Of a stretch of DNA of 64,000 nucleotides, positions 1-11,500 are shown one piece after another. The position numbers and the translations under genes were made by a program. Source of the stretch: an uncultured candidate division Zixibacteria bacterium (GTDB lineage Bacteria > Zixibacteria > MSB-5A5 > GN15 > FEB-12); assembly GCA_963806185.1 (NCBI GenBank), contig CAWDXE010000001.1:736001-800000 (forward strand). Direction: 5' to 3'. Numbering within the stretch: position 1 is the stretch's first letter; every line of letters starts with the position of its first letter. Below the pieces are notes generated by a model. It ran no database searches and was not told the origin of the DNA. It was given only the letters and a program-made list of their open reading frames with translations.

Positions 1-305
1 CCTTCGGCGTTCATGGGACCGGGAAACTGGTCGAGCTTCGAGTGGCCGATTCACTCACCGGCCAGACCGTCGGACTCTACCGCAAAGGGATTTTCGGATC
101 CGGCGTTCAGCAGATAATCATCCCCGGCGTGCTCAGGTCGAACCGAACCTATCGGATTGACTTCTACGCCGATCAAAACGGCAATTCAAAATACGAGGCG
201 CCGCCGACCGATCATGCCTGGCGTCTGTATGGCCATACCCCTGACAATCTGCAGCTAACCATCGACTTCGTAACCAACACCACCTACACCGACGTCAAGT
301 TCTAG
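1..305 (+). CDS. Hypothetical protein, probably 5'-truncated by the window edge
   Basis: ORF 42..305, probably extending upstream; contains DFYADQNGNSKY; lies in the same orientation as the downstream barrel gene. Confidence 0.55.
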   Translation, partial: FGVHGTGKLVELRVADSLTGQTVGLYRKGIFGSGVQQIIIPGVLRSNRTYRIDFYADQNGNSKYEAPPTDHAWRLYGHTPDNLQLTIDFVTNTTYTDVKF

Positions 306-418
306 GTCTATGCCGGCACGCACCGGCCGTATGGAACCCGGATGATGACTCGGCTGTTTCCTATAGACTGGACGCGCCGAGTCCATTATATTGCCACATA
401 TAGAAATATGAGGAATCC

Positions 419-1348
419 ATGAAGACTCGTGAATTTTTCTTCGCGGTCGCGCTGCTGGGCGGCGTTGCTCCGGCCGGACGCGCGCTGGCCTGCTCGGTAT
501 GTCGGTGCGGCGACAATGCGTTCTTGTTCTCGGAGAAGACGACCGGGCTGCCCGATCAGGAACAGGATCACCGTTTCTGGCTCAGTCTCGGCAATCAGTA
601 CTCAACCAAGTCGAATGCACTGGCCGAAGACGAAGGACCCGGCACCGAACGTCAGCGCGAATTGCGCCCATCGCTTCGCGCTTTCTACAGTCCCTCTGAT
701 CGCCTCTCGTTTTCGGTTGAGGCACCGTACCAGATTCGTCGTATCAAGTTTACGACCGCTGACGGGACGGAGCAGGAAAAATCCTCGGGTCTTGGCGACA
801 TAGAACTCGCCGCGGTATGGACCCAACACCTCGCCGGCGGCGCCGGCAAGTTCTACACCGGAGGTCTATCGCTTACGATCAAAATTCCGACCGGCGCAAA
901 TGACAAACAGCTCAATGGCGAGCGTGTGGAAGAACACCTCCAGGCCGGCACCGGCACAACCGATTGGCAACTTGGCGCCGCCATCTCACGCTTCACCTGC
1001 AACAACCGCATCTTTGCCAGCGCCTATTATCGTGTCAACGGTACCAACGAATTTGATTATCACTATGGCAACGCCGTTCTCGGCAACCTCGGGGCTCAAT
1101 GGCCCGTGGCAACTTGGCTTTCCGGCTCGGTGCAACTCAATGGTCGCTATGCCCGTCGCGATCTCCAAACTGCCCAAGTCGTAGAAAACACCGGCGGCTG
1201 GATGACCTACCTCACGCCCGGCCTGCGCCTGAACGTCTCCCCCTCGGCCAGTTTTTCGACGTCAGTTCAGCTTCCCGTCTACGACGATCTCCACGGCGAA
1301 CAGTCAGAAAAGGCTGTGTTGAGTACAGGTTTGAGCTACGAGTTTTGA
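419..1348 (+). CDS. Outer-membrane beta-barrel, Phenol_MetA/'transporter' family-like, with an N-terminal CxxCxC motif
   Basis: RBS gagga; signal peptide ending ALA-CSVCRCG; GLGDIEL, KIPTG, GTGTTD and YLTPGL motifs; C-terminal Phe (YEF). Confidence 0.75.
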   Translation: MKTREFFFAVALLGGVAPAGRALACSVCRCGDNAFLFSEKTTGLPDQEQDHRFWLSLGNQYSTKSNALAEDEGPGTERQRELRPSLRAFYSPSDRLSFSVEAPYQIRRIKFTTADGTEQEKSSGLGDIELAAVWTQHLAGGAGKFYTGGLSLTIKIPTGANDKQLNGERVEEHLQAGTGTTDWQLGAAISRFTCNNRIFASAYYRVNGTNEFDYHYGNAVLGNLGAQWPVATWLSGSVQLNGRYARRDLQTAQVVENTGGWMTYLTPGLRLNVSPSASFSTSVQLPVYDDLHGEQSEKAVLSTGLSYEF

Positions 1349-1555
1349 GCCCTGGACTGTAGACAATTCTTCACGACTAGAGAATACTCTTCATTTGTGA
1401 ATTTCTTCTTATCATTAAATAGGCAGTTCACGCGGTTGCACGATTCAGTTTAATTTGTTTAACTGCAATGAATTGAAGATATTCTAGCCACCCGCAAGCG
1501 GTGTTGGCATCTGTTTTTCAATACAATATCTGCCACTTATGGCCAATGAATCGAT

Positions 1556-2933
1556 ATGCAAGAGTTACTAGCTACATTAATACGCTGCAAAACGGTGAGT
1601 CGCCCTCTGGCCGTAATCGCGCTACAAATCGCCTTTCTGGGCGTCGCGGTTGCCGCTGTTGCCCAACCGGGAAACTCCGATAGCCTCACCCTGCCGCAAG
1701 TAATTCACGAGGTCCTCAGTCGGAATGATCGTGTTGCGGCCGCCCGCTTCATGCAGGAATCAGCCGAACGAAAAGCCTCCTCAACCGGAACGTGGGACGA
1801 CCCCATGCTCATGCTGGCCGTGGAAAACCTGCCCACCTCTCTGGACTTCAAAATGGACGATATGACTATGCGCGTCACCGGTCTGAGCCAATCGATCCCC
1901 TACTCCGGTTATAAGGGGCTCGAGCGCAAAGCCGCCCGTGCCGACGCCCAGGTCTCCACGGCGCAACTGCACATCACCACACTCGATCTGGTCACGGCCG
2001 CCAAGCAGGCGTACTTCGATTTGTACTATCGGCAAGCGAACCTGCGCGACCTTCAGCAACAGCACGAATTGTTGGAGCAGGTCGTCGCATCCACTACCGC
2101 CAAACTTCGTACCAATCAAGCCGGGCAAGACGAAGTCCTCACTGCCCAAGCCGATCTCTGGCGCCTTGAATCGTCCCTGTTGTCGCTTCAGCAGCAGGTC
2201 GATGCAGCCCGGTATAATCTGAACAGTCTGCGCGGTCTCGAGCCGAATGCTTCGGTCTTGCCGCTCGCGACGCCGGTTCTGTCGACGCCGCCCGATTCCC
2301 CGGCTTCCTGGATTGAGTCGGCCGAAAAAAGCTATCCCGAGTTGCGTCAACTTGATCACCAGGCAGAAAGCTACCGCCTATCGGCAACGGCCGCCCGGCG
2401 TATGCAGTGGCCGATGCTCACCCTCTTTGGCAGTTATGGTTACCGCGACGGGCTCTCAACTCGCCTGATGGCCGATCACGAAATTCAGAGTCGAGCCTCG
2501 GGGTGACATGATCAGCTTTGGCGCCAATATCTCACTGCCGATTTTTAGCCGGGGAAAACAGCGCCAGATGGCACGGTCCATGGACGCAATGAACAGGAGT
2601 ACGCTGGCCGGCGCCAAGCAACTTCGCCGCGATATTCGCGCCAATCTTGCCTCGTTGCACTCACGTGCTTTGCGCCTCAATCAGAGCCTGGCCTTGTATC
2701 AGGATCGGATACTTCCGGCCACCCGGGAGGCCTACCGCTCGACACTGGCCGGCTATACCACCAATCGAACTCCGTTTGCGTCGGTCTTGAATTCGGCTGT
2801 CGCTGTCTATCGCGATCAATCGACTATTAATGATCTGAATAATGAACTGGCTCGCACGCTGGCTGAGGTCGAACGATACACCTCCGATCCATCAGCCTGG
2901 GATACCACCGGTGATTCACATAGCGATCAATAA
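1556..2933 (+). CDS. cusC: TolC/CusC-family outer-membrane efflux channel, split by a frameshift near 2450-2500
   Basis: ORFs 1556..2506 and 2508..2933 are the two halves of one OEP protein (WDDPMLM, AKQAYFDLYY, ISLPIF); first gene before the RND adaptor and pump. Confidence 0.8.
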
Positions 2934-2956
2934 TCACTTCGAAGCAAGGATTACCA

Positions 2957-4486
2957 ATGACTGATACACATGTCGAATACAATCCCGATGATGAACCGAT
3001 GCCGGAAGGCAGTGAAGAGGCCCCGCCCTTCACCCACACGATGTCCATCGTGCGGTGGGTGATTCTGATCGCCATGACATTATTCGCACTCACTATGGTG
3101 CTGACCTATTTTGGAGCGACCCCTTGGGCTCAAAACGCCGGCAGCGCTGTGCAGTATCACTGCCCGATGCACCCGACGTATGTCAGCAGCCAGCCGGGCG
3201 AATGCCCCATCTGCGGCATGAACCTGGTGCCGGTCGGGAGTGAAGCCAAAACGGACACGGTTGCGATAGCCGACAGCCACATGGCTAAGCCGGGCCAATA
3301 CACCTGCCCCATGGATCCGCAGATTGTCTCCGATACCGCCGGCAAATGCCCCATCTGTGGAATGAATCTTGAACTGGTGACCGCTGCTCCAGGAGACGAT
3401 ATGAAGCACGCCGGTCACACTGCGGATCTCGGGTCCGCTCCCGTTCCCGGTCTGGTGCCAGTCACGATTGAGCCTCAGCGACTCCAGCTCATAGGCGTCC
3501 GGACTGGCACGGTCACGCGACGCAATGTGAGCAACACGACACCGCTCGTCGGCTATGTCACACCCGACGAATCCAAAGTCTCCAATCTCACAGTCCGTGT
3601 CAGCGGTTGGGTGCAGAAACTCAATGTCAATGAGACCGGCCAGCGCGTAACAAAGGAGCAGCCACTGCTCACGCTCTACAGTCAGGATCTTTATCAGGCC
3701 GAACAGGATTTTCTCGCGGCCCTGTCGATGACGCGGCAGGACGGCACCGATGCCGCCCTCGCTATTACGCATAATCAGATTCTCGATGCCGCTCGCGAGC
3801 GGCTGCGGTTGCTGGGTCTTACCACTGACGATATAACGCAACTCGAAAACTCCGGTACAGCCAGGCCGGAGATTTCTCTTCGCTCTCCTTATGACGGCGT
3901 TGTCCTGGAGAAGAATGTGAACGACGGCCAGCAAGTGACTCCCGACCAGCGCCTCTTCACTATCGCCGACTTGAGAACGATCTGGGTGCTCGCCGACGTG
4001 TACGAGGCCGATATCGCCTCGGTCAGAATCGGCCAGCCGACCACTATGACTATTGCCGCCTATCCGAATGAGCAGTTCACAGGCAAGGTGAGCTTCATCT
4101 ACCCGACAATTTCCGAGCAGACTCGCACACTCAAGGTACGGATTGAATTTGCCAATGCTGACTTCCGCCTTCGTCCCGGTATGTACGCTCAGATTGAACT
4201 CGCCGGTGGCGCTGATGAAGTGTTAGCCGTTTCGCGCGATGCTGTCATGGACGGCGGTGAAATCGCCTACGCCTTTGTCATCCACAACGGCACACACTTC
4301 GAACCCCGCCTCATAAAGATCGGCCGTTCAACCGGCGATTATGTCGAAGTTCAGGGCGGACTCAGCGAGGGTGAGACGGTAGTGACGAGCGCCAATTTCC
4401 TTATTGATTCCGAAAGCCGTCTCAAAGCGGCGATTTCCGGCATGGGCGGCGCTCAAGCCGATCCGCACGCCGGGCATGGAAAGTAG
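2957..4486 (+). CDS. cusB: CusB-type RND periplasmic adaptor with two heavy-metal-binding domains
   Basis: YHCPMHP..CPICGM and YTCPMDP..CPICGM motifs; LRPGMY; FLIDSESRL; His-rich C-terminus. Confidence 0.92.
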   Translation: MTDTHVEYNPDDEPMPEGSEEAPPFTHTMSIVRWVILIAMTLFALTMVLTYFGATPWAQNAGSAVQYHCPMHPTYVSSQPGECPICGMNLVPVGSEAKTDTVAIADSHMAKPGQYTCPMDPQIVSDTAGKCPICGMNLELVTAAPGDDMKHAGHTADLGSAPVPGLVPVTIEPQRLQLIGVRTGTVTRRNVSNTTPLVGYVTPDESKVSNLTVRVSGWVQKLNVNETGQRVTKEQPLLTLYSQDLYQAEQDFLAALSMTRQDGTDAALAITHNQILDAARERLRLLGLTTDDITQLENSGTARPEISLRSPYDGVVLEKNVNDGQQVTPDQRLFTIADLRTIWVLADVYEADIASVRIGQPTTMTIAAYPNEQFTGKVSFIYPTISEQTRTLKVRIEFANADFRLRPGMYAQIELAGGADEVLAVSRDAVMDGGEIAYAFVIHNGTHFEPRLIKIGRSTGDYVEVQGGLSEGETVVTSANFLIDSESRLKAAISGMGGAQADPHAGHGK

Positions 4487-4492
4487 CGATGT

Positions 4493-7400
4493 ATGGTAAA
4501 GGCAATTATTGATTTCTGCGCCCGTAATCGGATGGTGGTGTTTATCGCGACCGCGTTCGCTCTCGCCGGCGCCTGGTATTCCATCAATAATATTGCGCTG
4601 GATGCCATTCCGGATTTGTCAGACGCGCAGGTGATTCTCTATTCGGAATGGATGGGGCGTAGCCCTGATCTGGTCGAGGATCAGGTCACGTATCCAGTCG
4701 TAACTTCGCTACTGGCTGCACCTGGCGTGTCCGCCGTACGCGGCTTTTCCATGTTCGGTATGTCATTCGTCTATGTCATTTTCGACGAAGGCACAGATAT
4801 CTACTGGGCACGCAGTCGCGTACTCGAGTACACTCAGCAGCTTCAGGGCAAGCTTCCCGCGGGCGTAACGCCAACTCTCGGCCCCGACGCTTCGTCCGTC
4901 GGCTGGGTATTCCAGTATGCCCTTATCGACACCTCCGGCACGCACGATCTAGCTGATCTACGCACCTTCCAGGATTTCAACCTTCGCTACGCCTTGTCAT
5001 CCGTCCCGGGCGTGGCTGAAGTAGCCAGCGTTGGCGGATACCAAAAACAGTATCAGGTGGAAGTAGACCCGCAGAAGTTGCAGGCCTACGGCTTGAGCAT
5101 CGGCGACGTCACCCGCGCCGTCCGCCAAAGCAATGCCGATGTCGGCGGTCGCGTTATGGAACTCACGGAACGGGAGTATTACGTCCGGGGGCGCGGCTAC
5201 ATTCAATCGCTCGATGACCTGCGCAAGATCAGCCTCAAGGCTTCGGCTACCGGTACGCCGGTGCTGCTGGGCAGTATCGCCAATGTCTCTTTCGGCCCGG
5301 ATATCCGTCGCGGTGTCGCTGAGCTCGACGGTATCGGCGAAGCCGTCGGCGGCACGATTGTCATGCGTTACGGCGAGAACGCACTCGACGTCATCAACCG
5401 GGTCAAAGCAAAGATCGAGGAATTGAAGTCGTCTTTTCCACCCGGCATTGAACTGAAAATCGTCTACGACCGCAGTTCTCTCATCCATCGAGCCATCAAC
5501 ACGCTGAAACATAGCCTCATCGAAGAAGGAATTGTCGTCGCCTTGGTGATCTTTCTCTTCCTCCTGCATTTTCAGAGCTCGCTCGTGCCGATCATCACGC
5601 TCCCGATTGCCGTTAGCCTGTCGTTCATCCCCATGTATTTCCTGGGGATCAATTCCAATATCATGAGCCTTGGCGGTCTGGCAATCGCTGTCGGCGCCAT
5701 GGTCGATGCGGCCATTGTCCTGGTCGAAAACGCGCACAAGAGGATTGAAAAAGCGCCTCTCTCCGCCAATCGGAAGGAAGTCATCATCGCCGCCGCCAAG
5801 GAAGTTGGTCCGTCGATCTTCTACGCGCTCCTGATCATCACGATCGCTTTCCTGCCCATCTTTGCTCTCACCGGCCAGGGAGGTCGGATGTTCAAACCGC
5901 TCGCGTACACCAAGACGTTCGCGATGTTTTTCGGCGCCCTGACCGCCATTACTATCGCCCCGGCTCTCATGGTGACTTTCCTGAAGGGCAAGGTTCACTC
6001 GGAGGCCAAGCACCCTGTCTCGCGCGGCATCATCAAACTCTACAAGCCGTTCGTTTTTGTCGCCTTGCGCAATCCGAAAACGACCATCATGATCGGCCTC
6101 ATGGCCATACTGTCCGCCCTGCCGATGATACCCAAAATCGGCTCGGAGTTTATGCCTGCCCTCAATGAAGGCGACATTCTGTACATGCCGACCACCTTCC
6201 CGAACATTTCTGTCGAGGCCGCCAAGCAATACATGCAGTTCCAGGATCGCGTCATCCGTCAGTTCCCTGAAGTTGTCTCCGTTTTCGGCAAGGCAGGACG
6301 CTCGGAAACGGCCACCGACCCGGCGCCTCTTTCGATGCTGGAAACGGTTGTACAACTCAAGTCGACCGAACAATGGCGCAAGGTGACGCAGGATCGCTGG
6401 TATTCCGGCTGGATGCCCGATGCCGTTCAGCCACCGTTCCGCGCCATATGGCCCGATACGCGCTCGATCACATGGAGTGAACTGGTGGCTCAGTTTGATT
6501 CGGCCATGCAGATGCCCGGCTGGACCAACGCCTGGACGATGCCGATCAAGACGCGTATTGACATGCTCTCCACCGGTATCCGCACACCAATCGGAGTCAA
6601 GATTTTCGGCAATGATCTCGGCGAAATCGAACGTATCGGCCTGGAGCTGGAAAAATCGCTCTCCAAGATCCCAGCCACACGCTCGGTCTACTCCGATCGC
6701 AACACCGGCGGCTATTATGTCGACATCATTCCCGATCGCGACGCCATCGCACGCTACGGACTGACCATTCGCGACGTACAGGACGTGATCGAAACCGCCA
6801 TCGGCGGCACACCGATCGAAATGACTATTGAGGGCAGGGATCGTTTCAGCGTCAATGTCCGGTACCCGCGTGACCTTCGGGACAATATCGAGAAACTGAA
6901 GCGGATCCTGGTCCCGCTCCCCGCGGCCAATGCACCGTCCTCCGGCGGATCATCCGGCATGGGATCCGGTATGGGCATCGCACCGAACAATGCCCGGTTC
7001 GGGTCACCCGTGCTCGCTTCGACCGATCCATCAATTGAGTATGAAGTTTGGCAGAAGATGGTGCTCGCACAGATGAACAACGGCATGGGGAACGACGCAT
7101 CGTCCATTCCCGGCGGCGCACCATTCCCCGGCGGCGTAAACGGGATGAACAACCAACCGATGCGCCAGGCAATGCCATCGCAACAAATGAAGAGCGGGAG
7201 CTCTGCCGCGACCTACGCCAACCCGCAGGGGAGTCGCGCCATCCCCCTTGGCCAGATAGCCGAGATCAAGTTCGCCGGCGGCCCACCGATGATCCGCGAC
7301 GAAAACGGTATGCTGGTTGGCTACGTCTATGTGGACATGGATCAGAACAAACGTGACATAGGCAGTTACGTGGACGAAGCCAAGCGGGTGGTGAACGCCG

Positions 7401-8023
7401 AGATCTCCGTCCCCTCCGGTTTCTATCTGAAATGGACCGGTCAATACGAGCTCATGGAGACAATGGCCAAGCGGATGAAGATCGTTATTCCCATTACGCT
7501 GATCATTGTCGTTCTTTTGCTCTACCTGAATTTCCGTAACTTCACCGAGACCCTGATTGTGCTGGCCTCCGTACCGTTTGCACTGGTCGGTTCTATCTGG
7601 CTTATGTACTTTCTCGGCTACAACTTTTCCACCGCTACGCTTGTCGGGATCATCGCATTGGTCGGACTTGCTACCCAGACCGGCATTGTGATGATCCTCT
7701 ATCTCGATCATGCCTACGAGCGGCGACTCAAGGCGGGCAAGATCCGCAATCTCGACGACATCATCTGGGCGCACATGGAAGGCACGGTCATGCGCGTGCG
7801 TCCCAAGCTGATGACTGTCAGCACGATGATGATCGGTCTGATTCCCCTCCTGTGGGCAACCGGCAGCGGCGCCGATGTCATGAAGCGGATCGCCGCCCCG
7901 ATGGTGGGCGGGTTGATCAGCTCGGCGTTCCTGACGCTGGAAATCATTCCCGTCGTGTATACTTACTGGCGGTTGTGGCAGATTCGCCACACCCAAACGG
8001 GAACTACAATGGGCAATGATTGA
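4493..8023 (+). CDS. cusA: CusA-type Cu(I)/Ag(I) HME-RND efflux pump
   Basis: LDAIPDLSD, VEDQVTYP and GAMVDAAIV motifs; Met-triad contexts LYMPTT, APLSMLET and RIDMLSTG; RVRPKLMT; KRIAAPMVGG. Confidence 0.95.
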   Translation: MVKAIIDFCARNRMVVFIATAFALAGAWYSINNIALDAIPDLSDAQVILYSEWMGRSPDLVEDQVTYPVVTSLLAAPGVSAVRGFSMFGMSFVYVIFDEGTDIYWARSRVLEYTQQLQGKLPAGVTPTLGPDASSVGWVFQYALIDTSGTHDLADLRTFQDFNLRYALSSVPGVAEVASVGGYQKQYQVEVDPQKLQAYGLSIGDVTRAVRQSNADVGGRVMELTEREYYVRGRGYIQSLDDLRKISLKASATGTPVLLGSIANVSFGPDIRRGVAELDGIGEAVGGTIVMRYGENALDVINRVKAKIEELKSSFPPGIELKIVYDRSSLIHRAINTLKHSLIEEGIVVALVIFLFLLHFQSSLVPIITLPIAVSLSFIPMYFLGINSNIMSLGGLAIAVGAMVDAAIVLVENAHKRIEKAPLSANRKEVIIAAAKEVGPSIFYALLIITIAFLPIFALTGQGGRMFKPLAYTKTFAMFFGALTAITIAPALMVTFLKGKVHSEAKHPVSRGIIKLYKPFVFVALRNPKTTIMIGLMAILSALPMIPKIGSEFMPALNEGDILYMPTTFPNISVEAAKQYMQFQDRVIRQFPEVVSVFGKAGRSETATDPAPLSMLETVVQLKSTEQWRKVTQDRWYSGWMPDAVQPPFRAIWPDTRSITWSELVAQFDSAMQMPGWTNAWTMPIKTRIDMLSTGIRTPIGVKIFGNDLGEIERIGLELEKSLSKIPATRSVYSDRNTGGYYVDIIPDRDAIARYGLTIRDVQDVIETAIGGTPIEMTIEGRDRFSVNVRYPRDLRDNIEKLKRILVPLPAANAPSSGGSSGMGSGMGIAPNNARFGSPVLASTDPSIEYEVWQKMVLAQMNNGMGNDASSIPGGAPFPGGVNGMNNQPMRQAMPSQQMKSGSSAATYANPQGSRAIPLGQIAEIKFAGGPPMIRDENGMLVGYVYVDMDQNKRDIGSYVDEAKRVVNAEISVPSGFYLKWTGQYELMETMAKRMKIVIPITLIIVVLLLYLNFRNFTETLIVLASVPFALVGSIWLMYFLGYNFSTATLVGIIALVGLATQTGIVMILYLDHAYERRLKAGKIRNLDDIIWAHMEGTVMRVRPKLMTVSTMMIGLIPLLWATGSGADVMKRIAAPMVGGLISSAFLTLEIIPVVYTYWRLWQIRHTQTGTTMGND

Positions 8024-8152
8024 GTCTGTCAACAGCTACTTCGTTGATCCACATGGAATTGTGGCCCAACCCGTGAACCACTCCCGCCGCACCCATGCCT
8101 TCTGACGGACCGATATCTCGGTCGCAAACCCCTCGATGAGAATAATTTTCCT

Positions 8153-8181
8153 TGACATAGACCTATTTGGTCTTGATATTT
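8153..8181 (+). promoter_or_regulatory. Putative sigma70 promoter for the giant secreted protein
   Basis: TTGACA-17 nt-GATATT, about 335 nt upstream of the ATG at 8516. Confidence 0.45.
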
Positions 8182-8515
8182 GATTCGACGTAGAGTGCAT
8201 AGCTTACCGCCATGAGGTTGTTGCAGGCACTCGATTAGGTATCCGGCGAGAGAGAGCACATGATTGGTCGAAGGTAGTCACGACGGACGATTCGCAGACT
8301 TCCGGAAACCGCCAATTCCGGTTTGATTGCCGTCCGTTTCGGTTTCTGTGCCCACTCCCCAATTCCGATCTCGCTGGTCGACATACTTTGGAAAACTTAA
8401 GATTATCGCCGTCTGAATGAAGCGGCATGCTGCGCGTTAAGCATGCTGTCGGCAATTTCGGCGGACGTAGACATCATCATGTGAGGACCGGTTCTTCAAC
8501 GTTCCGGGAGGATGT

Positions 8516-11500
8516 ATGTATCGTCGACTGTTCATTGGGATATTTCTGCTTCTTTGTCTTACATCTGTAGCAAATGCGCAATACATAATCATCGGACCGC
8601 CCGATGACCAGACGATTGTTGACACCAGCATTCATCCCAGCCCGGCACCGGCCCGTCTCAAGCCGTTCGATGCCACCGCGTCTCCCGGCACGGTCACCTC
8701 GCTCGACCTGTCGCAGCTCGACTGCTCTCAGTTTCCTTCGATCTGTGCGTATGTCGACGTGCTCGACGGCAGCGGCAATCCGATCAGCGGGCTGAATCCC
8801 GACAGCTTCTGCGTCTTTCAAAACGGTGTGCCCATCCCAAGTTTCACGGTCCAGCAACTGACGGCGGGCAACTGCATTACTTCAGTATGCTTGGTGGTGG
8901 ATATCAGCGGCAGTATGACGACCGATCACCGGCTCGATTCAGCCAAATCGGCCATGCACCGGTTCGTCAACAATATGGACACCTATGATCAGGTGGCCAT
9001 CGTGACGTTTTCCAGCTGCTGGTCTCTGCTCATCAATTTCACGAGCAACAAGACCTCGCTGCACAATGCCATCAATGGGCTGTCGGCCAACGGTAACACG
9101 GCCGCTTTCGACGGCATCTACAAGGGCGTCGACTTTGCCCGCTTCCAGCTCGGGAGCAAGGCCGTTATCGCCTTCACGGACGGAGTCGAAAACCGCAGCC
9201 ACTTGTGTGCTCCCAACCCGCCCGACGGCGTCACCGACAACACGTACTCGGACGACTCCACCGCGATTGTCAATCTCGCCAATTCGGCCGGCGTGCCGAT
9301 CTATACCTTCAACCTGGGGCCGATCGACACCACCTGGTTCAATCCGTACGCCCTTCAGAAATTCGCCAATGCCACCGGCGGCTTCTGGTCACACGCCCCG
9401 ACCGGCGCGGCCATCGATTCTCTCTATTCGAAAATCAAACAGCGCTTGTGCAGTCGCTACTACATCTGCTACCAGAGTACGGACACCATCGCGAATGGCG
9501 ACATCCACTGGACCAAAATCTGCAAAAAGACCGGTCCGAACTGCACCCTCTGTGATTCGGCTTCGTGTCAGGAAACCGCCCCACCGGTCATCGTGCGCAC
9601 CCCGGCCACGATTAACCTGAGCAATTCCTGCCAATCGACTACCAGCCCGGCTTCAATTTGCGCCTACGTCACTGACCTGGATACGCCGAAAGCCAGCCTG
9701 GTGGTGACCCTGTACTATCGCACCGGACCGTCGAGTTATACGTCGATTACAATGACTCCTACCGGCGCGCCAACCGACAGCACCTTCTGCGCGTCCATTC
9801 CCATAAGCGCGCTCAAGTGCCAGACCTTTGTCGATTACTACATAACGGCATCCGACGGACAGGCGACTGTTTCCTCGCCGCAGGTCAACCCACAGGTGTC
9901 GCCGCACAATTTCGCGCTGTGCCCGAACCATCCGCCGACTGCCAATGCCGGGGCTGACCAATTTGTCTTCCAGTGCGCGCCGGCTCAACTCTGCTGGGCG
10001 GCGTCGTGCAGTGATGTCGACGGCAACCTGAAATCGTGCGTTCTCTTCAGCGGGCCCGGCACCTACAACGGATCGCAGATTTGCTTCACCCCGAACACGA
10101 CCATGAACTACGAATTCGTGCTCAAGGCGACTGATAGCTGTGATGCCGTCGGCTACGATACCGTAGTCATTCACTACACACTCAACAGCGCCCCGGTGGC
10201 CAACGCCGGCCGAGACTCGACGCTGTTCCTCTGCACACCCCAAGAGATATGCTGGACGGCCGGCTGTACCGACCCCAACAACAACTTGAGCACGTGTCAG
10301 TTGCTCTCCGGTCCCGGTACGTACAACGGCAGTCAGATCTGCTTCACGCCGCCATCCAGCGGCAGTTACCAGTTCGTGCTCAAGGCTACCGATAGTTGCG
10401 GCCTGACCTCGCAGGATACCTCGATTATCAATGTGACCATAAACTCGGCGCCGGTCTGCATCGTCCCCAATGAAACCACCTTTGCCCAGTGTGCTCCGAC
10501 TCAGGTCTGCCTGCCTTACTCCGCCACCGACGTCAATGGCAATTTCCGCTCGTGCCAGATTGTGTCGGGACCCGGCTCGCTGGTCGGTGGGAACTGGTGC
10601 TACACACCGTCCACAACTCAGAATGTGACTGTTACCATCCATTGCGATGATTCCTGCAATGCCTATTGTGAATCCAGCTTCACCGTGCATTTCCTGGTCA
10701 ACCAGCCACCGACGATTGCCTTCGGCAACGATACCTCGCTGTTCCTCTGCGCTTCGCAGCAGATTTGCCTGAGCTACACCGTGAGCGATGCCGACAACAA
10801 CGTCAATCTCGAACAACTGGTATCAGGCCCCGGGACAATCGATACGGGGGCCAACACGGTCTGCTTCACACCGGTCGCATCAGGCACCTACACGTTTGTA
10901 GTCAGAGCCCAGGACACCTGCCTGACTCAGGACCTTGATACCATCAACGTGACGGTGGCCCTCAATCAGAAACCTATCGCTGGCGCCGGTGCCGACCAGA
11001 ACCTGTTCCTCTGTTCGGCCACCCAGATCTGCTGGCCGGCCTCGGTCTCAGATCCGAACGGCAATCTGCAGAGCTCCGCCTTGACCGGACCCGGCTCGTT
11101 TGACGGCAGCCAGATCTGCTTTACCCCGGCCGCTTCCGGTATCTACACCTTCGTGCTCGCCGCCACTGATTCGTGTGGTGAACAGGCGGCCGACACGGTG
11201 AGCATACAAGTGACCCTGAATGGTGCGCCGACTATCGCTTTCGGCAATGACACGACCATCTCGCTCTGCAGTTCACAGCAATTCTGCTTTGGGTATGCGG
11301 TCTCCGATCCCAACGGACCCGGTAGTATCGTTGAGACTATGGTTTCCGGATTCGGCGCCATCGATACCTCTCTCAATCAGATATGCTTCACACCTGCAGT
11401 GTCGGGCACGTATCAGTTCATCGTCCGAGCCACCGATTCGTGCGGCGCGTACGATAACGATACCATAAGCGTGACCGTCACCATTGGCGCGGTCGCCGAC

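Noticed and set aside
1505..1520. sigma54 promoter before cusC (TGGCATCTGTTTTTCA)
   Set aside because: The -12 position reads TC instead of the near-invariant GC; too weak to report.
4997..6373. Long antisense ORFs (also 9653..10816, 22442..23329, 37559..38740, 42734..43756, 43528..44544)
   Set aside because: Shadow frames opposite well-supported genes, expected from GC-rich codon bias; no motifs.
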